The notes beneath the pieces were generated by a model. That model had not been told where the DNA came from. It made no database searches and saw only the letters and a program-made list of their open reading frames with translations. Positions 7,875 through 15,535 of a stretch of 20,000 bases of DNA are shown here, piece by piece (position 1 is the stretch's first letter; the number at the start of each line of letters is the position of its first letter). The stretch lies in the IMG/VR virus record IMGVR_UViG_3300034106_002431. One strand, given 5' to 3'. The translations under genes were made by a program, and so were the position numbers. Origin of the DNA: an uncultured virus (IMG/VR IMGVR_UViG_3300034106_002431). Lineage: Duplodnaviria; Heunggongvirae; Uroviricota; Caudoviricetes.

Positions 7875-8633
7875 TTAGATACCCATCTCTTTACGCTTTT
7901 GCGTAGCCGATATAGCATGAATGTCTGCCCCCAAATCTACTTGTTCAATCTTATATCCGACATCTCTGCCATATACAATGTTAGTAATGTTAGGTAGTCT
8001 TAATACTAATGCACCATCCATAAATTCATCTTTGGCAATATACTCTTTTACCTGATCAAACTTAAGTGGATCCTTCTCGCTTGTGTTGTAGGTATTACGA
8101 ACCCCAAGAAGTACCTGCTCTGTTCTTTTCCCTGCCTCTTTGTAAAGAGCGTGATGTCCTTCATGCCATGGCTGATATCTGCCCAGCATAAGGGTTGTAG
8201 GGGCTGTCCAGTCGTGTAACTGGCAAGCAGCAATGATAAGGTCAGCCTCTTCTTCTACTGTCATCCCACAGGGGATTCTGACATCACATGACTCTGGGTC
8301 TTCCCACATCTTGTTTGTATCTTCAAATCTTCCAGACTCAATTCTGTCTACCCAAATTAAAATATCTGGCTTACCAAAGGCTGCACGGGTTAGATCAGTT
8401 GGGCATACGAAATCAACTATCACTGGAGCAACTCCCTGCTTAGAAATAAGTCTAGCCATGTCTCCCATACGTCTTGCCTGTTCAATTCTGTCTTCAGGGC
8501 TAAAACCTAGATCTGAGTTTACTGTTGCACGAACCTCATCTGCATTAAGATGGATAGCGTTAATTCTTTCTTTGAGTGCCTTGGCCAACTCTGTCTTGCC
8601 TGCACCTGGCAGACCAATAATCTGAATAATCAT
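7875..8633 (-). CDS. cysC: Adenylylsulfate (APS) kinase-like domain fused to a C-terminal HIGH-motif nucleotidyltransferase-like domain
   Basis: P-loop GLPGAGKT and LNADEVR...DLGFSPEDR (CysC signature). C-terminal MLGRYQPWHEGH...ISATQKR. Confidence 0.82.
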   Translation of the reverse strand: MIIQIIGLPGAGKTELAKALKERINAIHLNADEVRATVNSDLGFSPEDRIEQARRMGDMARLISKQGVAPVIVDFVCPTDLTRAAFGKPDILIWVDRIESGRFEDTNKMWEDPESCDVRIPCGMTVEEEADLIIAACQLHDWTAPTTLMLGRYQPWHEGHHALYKEAGKRTEQVLLGVRNTYNTSEKDPLKFDQVKEYIAKDEFMDGALVLRLPNITNIVYGRDVGYKIEQVDLGADIHAISATQKRKEMGI

Positions 8634-9193
8634 TTTTTCCCTATCTCTGTGTTTGGCATAATGTCAATTAACAAATGTACCCTATCTATTTCACTGCCAT
8701 TATTTACATAGTGAGTTCTTGAGTTGTTTATTTCCCAACATTCTCCAGTGCCCATCTTAACCCTATCATCTCCTACACCAAAGAATACACTGTCAGAAGT
8801 AACTACTGGGATGTGGTTTCTTCTTGAAAGCATTAGATAGTCTCCTGCATCATGATGATGTGCTATATCTTGACCTGCTTTTAACTTAATCAAAAGGACC
8901 ATACCTCTGACACCCTTGTGGATTCTTTCAAGGTCTGAGATTATTGGCTCAAGAATTTCAAGCAGCCCAGTATCATTAGATGTTTTCTGAGTAGAAAATT
9001 CTTCTCCTTCTTTCCACATAAGATCTGCGGTATAGACAAAGTATGAGTTAGTATCTTTATGAACATAGTAGTTATCTTGTCTTGATGTATTGATAAACCA
9101 CTCGTCAGAAAAACTATCTATATAGTTTTTGATGGGCTCAACATCATACTTACTGTGTTGCTTAAAGTTAAAGTCTTCTAGCGTCTTTCTCAT
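8630..9193 (-). CDS. Aspartyl/asparaginyl beta-hydroxylase-like 2OG-Fe(II) oxygenase
   Basis: IAHHHD (HxD), RNHIPVVT, WEINNSRTH.V.N, RVHLLID. Confidence 0.85.
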   Translation of the reverse strand: MRKTLEDFNFKQHSKYDVEPIKNYIDSFSDEWFINTSRQDNYYVHKDTNSYFVYTADLMWKEGEEFSTQKTSNDTGLLEILEPIISDLERIHKGVRGMVLLIKLKAGQDIAHHHDAGDYLMLSRRNHIPVVTSDSVFFGVGDDRVKMGTGECWEINNSRTHYVNNGSEIDRVHLLIDIMPNTEIGKK

Positions 9194-9774
9194 TTTGCCT
9201 CCAGGGTCTGATTAAAATCTTTAGAATATCCAAAGTTAATAAAGTCAGAACTGTAGAAATCCTGAACCATTTTTATTGCCTCATCTGAATATTCTTGTAT
9301 ATATGATTCTACCACATAGTTGCCTACATTGTAAAATCCAAGTTCCCAGCCGAGTTCATCCTCTAACTCTTTTAGGTTTTCAAACTTATAAAGTCTTTCT
9401 ACTTGAAGGATGTCCTGATCCATAATATAAAAAGACTGGGGTATGTGTAGCAGTGGGCTTATTGTAGATATTTTTCCTTGCTTAATGTTGTCTAGATATT
9501 GTGCAAAAGATATGTTTGTTTGATTAGTTTTGTTGTACTGCTTGTAACAACTGTAGGTTCTTGTGTATGGATTTCTTACAACAGCAAAAGAAAATACTTT
9601 TTCATCTATTAAATTTGCCTCTTTTAAATATGAGTATGGGTCATGATGCCTTGGCCATTCTCTCTTCCAGTTATCCAAATTGTTTTCATCTAATATTTTA
9701 GAAATTGAAGAGCCTGCAGTTTTTGGTATGTGAACAAACAAGACTGAACCATACTTTTTCCCTTTAATTATCAT
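9190..9774 (-). CDS. Sulfotransferase family protein
   Basis: 5'-PSB FVHIPKTAGSSI and 3'-PB VVRNPYTRTYS. Start uncertain (9774 or 9789). Confidence 0.88.
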   Translation of the reverse strand: MIIKGKKYGSVLFVHIPKTAGSSISKILDENNLDNWKREWPRHHDPYSYLKEANLIDEKVFSFAVVRNPYTRTYSCYKQYNKTNQTNISFAQYLDNIKQGKISTISPLLHIPQSFYIMDQDILQVERLYKFENLKELEDELGWELGFYNVGNYVVESYIQEYSDEAIKMVQDFYSSDFINFGYSKDFNQTLEAK

Positions 9775-10603
9775 CTTGTTCAGACTCACTATTTATTTCT
9801 TTAACAAGTTTATGTACCATCGTATCGTTGTTCTGGTTCCATTCATCTTTAAAGTTAGTTGTGTTAGTGAACAACAATAGATCAGTTATCCCTTCATCCT
9901 TAAGATCAATTATTTGTTGTTTAACTGTTTGATAATTTCCAATTATTGACCACTTTAAGGACCTAGGGTTAAGCGCAAGTGAACTTTCTTCATACTCTTT
10001 AATATCTTCATCTGATTCTAAAATGGTTACATTAGCACTGACCATTCGGTTTTTAATGCCATCAAACTTTTCTAGATTTTCTCTGTATGTGTCTAGCATA
10101 CACAAAGAAGTACCATTAAACATTCTGACAGTCTCTAAAGAGTAGTCAGAAAAACCACTAAAAACCATTGGTGGTCTTATTTTTGTTGGGCAATACATTT
10201 TGTACATGTTTACAAAATTTCTCAAGTATGTAGTTCTTTTTTGAATGCTATCAACTGACTCTGATTCCCCAAAGATGTCAAACTCTAAATCTGGCTCATC
10301 TTCTCTTTGATGAAAATCACCAGCCACCCAGTTAAACACGAGTCTGTTGCTATCTATTTGGTCATATCCTATAGTCATCATTCCAGCATACTGAGCACTT
10401 ACGTGGTATGGCCTTAAAGCAATCATGTACTTTAATTTATTTCCTGGAATTAATGCTGCTGCAGACTTTATAAAGTAGTCTCCTTGTTGTGAATGAAAAG
10501 TTAGCAAGACTGACTTATATCCAGAATCCTCTAGTTTGCTAGAAAGATCTTTTAGTTCTTGTACATTTTTATGCTGATCCCTCAACATGTAATGAATCTT
10601 CAT
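9764..10603 (-). CDS. Luciferase-like (LLM/SsuD-like) flavin monooxygenase, copy 2
   Basis: KYMIALRPYHVSAQY...DQIDSNRLVFNWVAG and IIGNYQTVKQQI...GITDLLL. Paralog of 2208-3089. Confidence 0.78.
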   Translation of the reverse strand: MKIHYMLRDQHKNVQELKDLSSKLEDSGYKSVLLTFHSQQGDYFIKSAAALIPGNKLKYMIALRPYHVSAQYAGMMTIGYDQIDSNRLVFNWVAGDFHQREDEPDLEFDIFGESESVDSIQKRTTYLRNFVNMYKMYCPTKIRPPMVFSGFSDYSLETVRMFNGTSLCMLDTYRENLEKFDGIKNRMVSANVTILESDEDIKEYEESSLALNPRSLKWSIIGNYQTVKQQIIDLKDEGITDLLLFTNTTNFKDEWNQNNDTMVHKLVKEINSESEQDDN

Positions 10604-10824
10604 TACTGTGCTAGTTTTTCTCGCTCATCAATAACACTGATCATAAATGACATCATGCTATTGTAGCCATCTGGAATAGCCATGATTTTATTGTAGTGGT
10701 GACCACAGAAGAATAAATCTCCAGTTATTCCAGTAACCTTGACTAGTGCCTCTGCGTTGCATCGATCACAACGATCAAGGGGTGTAAGTGTCCATTCTTT
10801 TTCTTCAGCCTTGTCTTTGATCAT
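10603..10824 (-). CDS. Small Zn-finger-like protein (CxxC...CGHH)
   Basis: CDRC-x17-CGHHY. Start placed at MIKDK (10824), 7 nt after TATAAT. 10833 is an alternative start. Confidence 0.75.
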   Translation of the reverse strand: MIKDKAEEKEWTLTPLDRCDRCNAEALVKVTGITGDLFFCGHHYNKIMAIPDGYNSMMSFMISVIDEREKLAQ

Positions 10825-10837
10825 ACTAAACATTATA

Positions 10838-11023
10838 CTACCGCTTTCTGTTATCAGTGGAATAAAATCCACTACCGTTGAATACTGCTCCTACATTAGA
10901 GTATACACGAACTAGAGGTGAATTGCAAGTTTCACATTTATATCCAGGATCGTTTTCTTGAATAGATCTTTCTTTGGTAAATCTTTGTGCACATGGCATA
11001 CAATCATATTCGTACAGTGCCAT
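10838..11023 (-). CDS. FmdB-family zinc-ribbon protein
   Basis: YEYDCMPC...CETC...RVYS...FNGSGFYSTD. Confidence 0.88.
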   Translation of the reverse strand: MALYEYDCMPCAQRFTKERSIQENDPGYKCETCNSPLVRVYSNVGAVFNGSGFYSTDNRKR

Positions 11024-11026
11024 AGG

Positions 11027-11134
11027 CTACTTCTTCTTTTTTGCTTTTACTGTCCAAACAGGTGCGTTAAGATTATCGCCACCCCAGTCATAGCCAAGTG
11101 CTTTAACAACAAACCTAATTATTTTAATACGCAT
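11027..11134 (-). CDS. Small hypothetical protein, 35 aa
   Basis: Hand translation MRIKIIRFVVKALGYDWGGDNLNAPVWTVKAKKKK fills the gap. TAATG overlap with the upstream stop. Confidence 0.65.
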   Translation of the reverse strand: MRIKIIRFVVKALGYDWGGDNLNAPVWTVKAKKKK

Positions 11135-11352
11135 TATTTAATTCCCTTTCCAAATTTAGCCCAGACTCTCTCATGTAGGTAATAGAATGTCATTTCTAAT
11201 GCCATGTATGAAAGTGCGTATAGTCCAACATACTCCCATTCAGCCTCACCATAAATTATATGGCTTGCTGCAAATAAAATTCCAGCAACAAAAGTAAAAT
11301 GTACAAATGGCCAACTGATTGTTTTTAGTACTGATTTCTTTTTAGATTCCAT
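11134..11352 (-). CDS. DUF2061-like small membrane protein, copy 2
   Basis: KSVLKTISW...YYLHERVW. Confidence 0.8.
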   Translation of the reverse strand: MESKKKSVLKTISWPFVHFTFVAGILFAASHIIYGEAEWEYVGLYALSYMALEMTFYYLHERVWAKFGKGIK

Positions 11353-11996
11353 TATAGTGCCACAGGTCCCTTTCCTCCGCCACCAGATGACTTCTTTACT
11401 GCTGGCTTTGCTGATTTTTTTGCAGCATCTGCAGTTGTAGTCTTAACAGGTGTTGCTGCTAACTTGTTTAGTAGTGGAGCATTCTCTTCTCCAGTATAAA
11501 CTGGACGGCCCCAACCAACTACAGCATTAACTAACTTCTTCTTGTTGTTTTTTACATATGCACGAGTCTTCTCTACGCACATTCCTCCGTTGCGCTGATC
11601 TCCCTTTGCAGTTCCTGAAGTGTTTCCTTCAATAACTTGGATTGTTCCATCGCCATTGTTCTTAATGCAAAGACCAACATGTGAAATACGATTTACACCA
11701 TCATCTGGAAAATCAAAATAGATCCAGTCTCCTGCTTGTGGATCATCATTACGAGCATCTGACCAACGCTCATTCTTCTTAAACCAGTCTGATGCCTGAA
11801 CTGTTGATGCAGACTTAGGGAATGACTTTACGCCTGATGTAAATGCACACCAAGAAACAAAAGATTGGCACCATGGCTGGAAGTTAACCTTAATCCATGC
11901 ACCATACTTTGTTTCGTTATCTTTTGGGCCTTCTATTGTGCCCAACTCTTTCTTTGCAACCTCAATGATTGCTTCTAGACTACCTTTTGCTGCCAT
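11352..11996 (-). CDS. CHAP-domain peptidoglycan hydrolase (endolysin candidate)
   Basis: PWCQSFVSW...GDWIYF...SHVG...IEGNT. Start MAAKG behind SD AAGGAGG. Basic C-terminal tail. Confidence 0.9.
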   Translation of the reverse strand: MAAKGSLEAIIEVAKKELGTIEGPKDNETKYGAWIKVNFQPWCQSFVSWCAFTSGVKSFPKSASTVQASDWFKKNERWSDARNDDPQAGDWIYFDFPDDGVNRISHVGLCIKNNGDGTIQVIEGNTSGTAKGDQRNGGMCVEKTRAYVKNNKKKLVNAVVGWGRPVYTGEENAPLLNKLAATPVKTTTADAAKKSAKPAVKKSSGGGGKGPVAL

Positions 11997-12025
11997 GATA
12001 TGCCTCCTTATTGACATGTAGTTCT

Positions 12026-12055
12026 ATTATATCAGAACAATAGCATGTCTGTCAA
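12026..12055 (-). promoter_or_regulatory. Consensus promoter for the endolysin, embedded in a long inverted repeat
   Basis: TTGACA (12055-12050), 18-nt spacer, TATAAT (12031-12026), with extended -10 TG. Confidence 0.8.
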
Positions 12056-12067
12056 CAGGGGGATATA

Positions 12068-12859
12068 TTATATTTTTACTAGGGATGGATTAAGAGCAGA
12101 CTTTGCTCCCGCAATAGCCTTTTCAATTTCAGAACAAACAAATGCAAACTCTTCTTCAAAGATTTCTGGAGATCTATCAGGTCCCATTGCTGGGCTCTTT
12201 CCTTCTGCAATCATTGCCTCTTTTAGAGTTTTTTCGATGTCATAGTTTAGGACTGTGCATGTAAAGTGCTTCATCACATATCCATCTTTATCAATTAAGT
12301 ACTTCTCGTAGTTACCACCCATTTGCACTCCATCATAGAATCCAATGTTTAACCAAGGTGACTTAAATTTTCCTTCAACATTTCCATCCTCTAGAGAATC
12401 TCTCATTGATCGCAACTGATCCATTTGTGATGAAATTTCTGCATATACTTCGTGAGGTGGTAGCGTTGGCTGTCCTAGTCCGTTAGTTCCAGTACCTAGT
12501 CCATTTTCTAATACTTCATTTAATAACTCATGAGGAACTGAAGAAACCATCTCTGAGTACTTGAAAGTTGTGTTGTAAACTTCTTCTCCATACGCCTTTG
12601 AGTCTAGACCGCAAGTAATTCCTTGTGACCACTTTCCCTTAGTAACTCCTGGACCACAATAATCATTTGTTGGTATGGCAATAATCTCAAAGTCTTCACT
12701 GTTGTACTTGTCTTGAAGCATCTGAAGAACCTCTAGTTGGTTGGCGTTTCCACAACCGACTGTAGTATTCGCAACCAATGTAACCTTGCCCTTATATTGG
12801 TCAAGATGGTTCGGAGTGCCTTCTGCTGAGTTTAATTGGATGTCATATATTGATCTCAT
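12068..12859 (-). CDS. Glutathione-peroxidase-like protein (divergent)
   Basis: SIYDI.L...LDQYKGKVTLVANTTVGCG...IIAIPTND...NYEKYLIDKDG. Leaderless start MRSIY, 6 nt after TATAAT. Confidence 0.8.
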   Translation of the reverse strand: MRSIYDIQLNSAEGTPNHLDQYKGKVTLVANTTVGCGNANQLEVLQMLQDKYNSEDFEIIAIPTNDYCGPGVTKGKWSQGITCGLDSKAYGEEVYNTTFKYSEMVSSVPHELLNEVLENGLGTGTNGLGQPTLPPHEVYAEISSQMDQLRSMRDSLEDGNVEGKFKSPWLNIGFYDGVQMGGNYEKYLIDKDGYVMKHFTCTVLNYDIEKTLKEAMIAEGKSPAMGPDRSPEIFEEEFAFVCSEIEKAIAGAKSALNPSLVKI

Positions 12860-12945
12860 GACTATATTATAGCACATTTTATTGCTTATTTTACGCTGGC
12901 AGAGTGGCACGATCTTGTTTCTTTTAGATTATAACATTTTGATAA

Positions 12946-13611
12946 CTAATTGTCCATACTTTTATACAACTGCTTTAGTCCTTTGAGTGTTCCTATGTCC
13001 ATATATTTTCCACCTGGCTTTACAGCCCTAATATCTAGATTCATATCAATCCACTCCTGTATCTGTTTTCCTGGATGCTCTAAGTCTGGATTCAAATATC
13101 TGATCATATTTTTACGAAACAACATTGTCCCCCACATATCTGGGTAGTCACAATCATCTTTTTTGTCTTCTGAAGATAAGACCTTGTCTCCTGAAACCTG
13201 AACTTGCCCTACACGACCTTTTAGATCATCCCCACATTCCCAAATACCAAGCACTAAGTCTGCATTGGTTTCTTTAAACATTTCTTTATATATATTCCCT
13301 TGAGCATTAAGAATATAGGTGTCTGGCATTCCAACCAAAACAGTGTCGTTATAGTCTCCGATCATAAACTTAATTGCCTCAGACATTGTTGATGGCTCAT
13401 GAACAATAAGTTTAATATTCATATCCATATTTTCAACAATTGGAACCCATTCAGATCTTGTAGATACACGAACTTCATCACAGAACTCAAGCATTTGTTC
13501 TACATGCCACTGTAGCAAAGACCTTTCATCAGATATTGGTAAGCAAAATTTTGGTATGCCACCAACTCTTGATGACCTTCCAGACGCTGGCAGTACTCCA
13601 ATTATAGCCAT
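12946..13611 (-). CDS. Sugar-phosphate nucleotidyltransferase family protein
   Basis: GVLPASGRSSRVGGIPKFCLPI, GMPD, YMDIGT. Start MAIIG. Confidence 0.85.
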   Translation of the reverse strand: MAIIGVLPASGRSSRVGGIPKFCLPISDERSLLQWHVEQMLEFCDEVRVSTRSEWVPIVENMDMNIKLIVHEPSTMSEAIKFMIGDYNDTVLVGMPDTYILNAQGNIYKEMFKETNADLVLGIWECGDDLKGRVGQVQVSGDKVLSSEDKKDDCDYPDMWGTMLFRKNMIRYLNPDLEHPGKQIQEWIDMNLDIRAVKPGGKYMDIGTLKGLKQLYKSMDN

Positions 13612-14267
13612 TCTTGAGACCTTCTTATTTCTAAATCCCAATAACCAGGGATCTCAAAGTTTTGACTTTTTTTTAGCATATAGTATTTTTTATTATATAA
13701 ACTTGTTTTTCCAAATTTTTCTTTTAATTGTTTATCACTTTCCACTGTTGTACCTGCTCCGCTAGGGCTAACAACATTAAAATACTTATTATCAAAGGAT
13801 AAGTGCTTTCCATTTTCTTGTTTCATTACACGAAAAAGTCTTTCACGATAGTCATCGTCTTCAAATAAATATGGGTAGAAGCGTTCATCAAACAATCCAA
13901 CCTGCCTTATCACATCTTCTCCAATAGAAAAACAACTAAAGCCCTCGCTTGATGTTACTAAAGAGGACTCTTTGCTAATTTCAGATAATAACTTTAATGA
14001 TCCTGGAATCCAATATGTGTCTGCCGAAGTAAACACCCAATACTTTTCATGAGGGTATAGTTTGATGGTTAGATTCCAAGAACCAGACATTCCCAGGTTT
14101 GATGGAAGGTTTAAAACTCTAATATTTAAATCTGTTCTGCTGGGAACATAATTTTCTAAACCATTATTTATTATTAAAACTTCTTTGATTGGAAAATCTA
14201 TTGACTTTAGGCTTTCCTCTAACAGATCATACCTATTTAATACTGGAATAGATAATACAGGTATCAC
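13602..14267 (-). CDS. Glycosyltransferase family 2-like protein
   Basis: IPVLNRYDLL...IINNG...NLGMSGSWN...VGLFDERFYP.LFEDDDY. GTG start behind SD AGGAGG. Confidence 0.85.
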   Translation of the reverse strand: MIPVLSIPVLNRYDLLEESLKSIDFPIKEVLIINNGLENYVPSRTDLNIRVLNLPSNLGMSGSWNLTIKLYPHEKYWVFTSADTYWIPGSLKLLSEISKESSLVTSSEGFSCFSIGEDVIRQVGLFDERFYPYLFEDDDYRERLFRVMKQENGKHLSFDNKYFNVVSPSGAGTTVESDKQLKEKFGKTSLYNKKYYMLKKSQNFEIPGYWDLEIRRSQEWL

Positions 14268-14292
14268 TTAGCCTCCTTTTAAGTCTTTATAT

Positions 14293-14301
14293 ATTGTATC
14301 A
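14293..14301 (-). promoter_or_regulatory. Extended -10 promoter for the glycosyltransferase/nucleotidyltransferase pair
   Basis: TGATACAAT just after the tRNA; the same 9-mer occurs at 5150-5142. Confidence 0.55.
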
Positions 14302-14303
14302 CG

Positions 14304-14376
14304 CTGCCCCACCTGGCCTCGATCCAGGGGCATCCGAATTAACAGTTCGGCACTCTACCAACTGAGTTATAGGGCA
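14304..14376 (-). tRNA. tRNA-Asn(GTT), CCA not encoded
   Basis: Acceptor TGCCCTA/TGGGGCA + G73; D arm ACTC/GAGT; anticodon arm CCGAA-CTGTTAA-TTCGG; T arm CCTGG-ATCGAGG-CCAGG. Confidence 0.93.
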
Positions 14377-14378
14377 AT

Positions 14379-14406
14379 GGGGCAGTTTAAAGTCATGCCT
14401 AGGACT
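14379..14406 (-). ncRNA. Small H-type pseudoknot motif, copy 2 (copy 1 at 1096-1122)
   Basis: AGTC-CT-AGGCA-T-GACT-TTAAAC-TGCC. Confidence 0.55.
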
Positions 14407-14411
14407 ATTAT

Positions 14412-15284
14412 TTAGTTACGAATGTATGATGCAGTGCCAATTAAAATCTTTGGAAGAGATGTGAGATACTCACCAAATGTTTTAAATGTGTTGCGATTTA
14501 CGTAAGATGCTGCAGATACTACAGTTGCTACAGAACTACCAGCAGTATCTGTTGGAGAACCGTTATACTTAGTAATGCGTACCTTGCCAAGTGCAACCAT
14601 GTCAAGTCCAGGACCTGTGTTTGTTGCTGCCTCTAGTTGTGTTGCATTACCTAGTGCTCCCACGCCGATTACACCATTAACACATGAAGGGAATCCCACA
14701 ACATCTCGTCGACGATCATTTCCTGTTGCAACAAAAACTGGAATGTTATTAGTGTTTAATGATGCTACTGCATTAATAACAACTTTATCTGTTGAGCATA
14801 GTGCAAGGTTTCCTGTACTTACTGTCGACTGACTAATTGACAAAGCATCAATGCTGTACTTTGCTGCATTTTGTGATACCCAATTAATTGCTGAAGCCAA
14901 TGCTTTCACATCTCCTCGTGAGTTTCCAAGACTTGTGACATCGTTAAATCTAACAAAGACAATCTTTAGATTTGGATTTACTGTTAGGGCAGCCTTTACC
15001 ATAGAGTCTCCATGGTAGGTTGCATTGTTTACAGACACTGGCCAAGGTGCAGATGCTGCTCCCTTTCCTTCCATAAACAGTTCTCCGTTAGGACAAGACA
15101 TATTTTCTTTTGGGGTTGTTGACTTTACAGTTGTAAAGCAGACCTCATGAATAATTGATGGAAAGTTATTTGAGTTAATAGCAGAGTCAATAATCGCTAA
15201 GACTCTTTCATCTTGTGCTTGTGCTGGTGCAACTGCTGTAAATGCAATTGCAATTGATAGTAGTGCTAGTAGTGTTTTCTTCAT
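14412..15284 (-). CDS. Secreted subtilisin-like (S8) peptidase
   Basis: Signal peptide MKKTLLALL...AQA. Catalytic-type segments LAIIDSAI (D), HGDSM (H), ATGN (oxyanion N), AGSSVAT (S). Confidence 0.85.
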   Translation of the reverse strand: MKKTLLALLSIAIAFTAVAPAQAQDERVLAIIDSAINSNNFPSIIHEVCFTTVKSTTPKENMSCPNGELFMEGKGAASAPWPVSVNNATYHGDSMVKAALTVNPNLKIVFVRFNDVTSLGNSRGDVKALASAINWVSQNAAKYSIDALSISQSTVSTGNLALCSTDKVVINAVASLNTNNIPVFVATGNDRRRDVVGFPSCVNGVIGVGALGNATQLEAATNTGPGLDMVALGKVRITKYNGSPTDTAGSSVATVVSAASYVNRNTFKTFGEYLTSLPKILIGTASYIRN

Positions 15285-15301
15285 TTTATTCTCCTTGTTT
15301 T

Positions 15302-15520
15302 TTATTGTTTGATTTTTAAAACTACTTGGCAAGGGTCTCCGCCCTCTTCCCATTCTTGTTGTTCTTCGTCTGTCATATAGGGATCACCCTCATGTGTATT
15401 GCAGAACGGTTCAGTTACCCATCCCCGTTCAATACCGTTTTCAAGCCAGATTTCAAACTCGTCAAAGTCTGATTCTATGTTCTGAATGTCCTTTAGGATC
15501 TCTTCAAATTCTTCGCTCAT
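15302..15520 (-). CDS. Acidic hypothetical phage protein (CxxH...DPC)
   Basis: ORF track; TATACT 6 nt upstream of ATG. Confidence 0.8.
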   Translation of the reverse strand: MSEEFEEILKDIQNIESDFDEFEIWLENGIERGWVTEPFCNTHEGDPYMTDEEQQEWEEGGDPCQVVLKIKQ

Positions 15521-15535
15521 ATACTAAGTATACTC

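Noticed and set aside
5798..10603. RiPP cluster with an identifiable precursor peptide
   Set aside because: No leader/core-type precursor or RiPP recognition element is recognisable by eye; the small neighbours are membrane or Zn-finger proteins.
14270..14303. HDV-like theta ribozyme in the tRNA 3' trailer
   Set aside because: The trailer is short and AT-rich, holding only a promoter and SD; no nested double pseudoknot.
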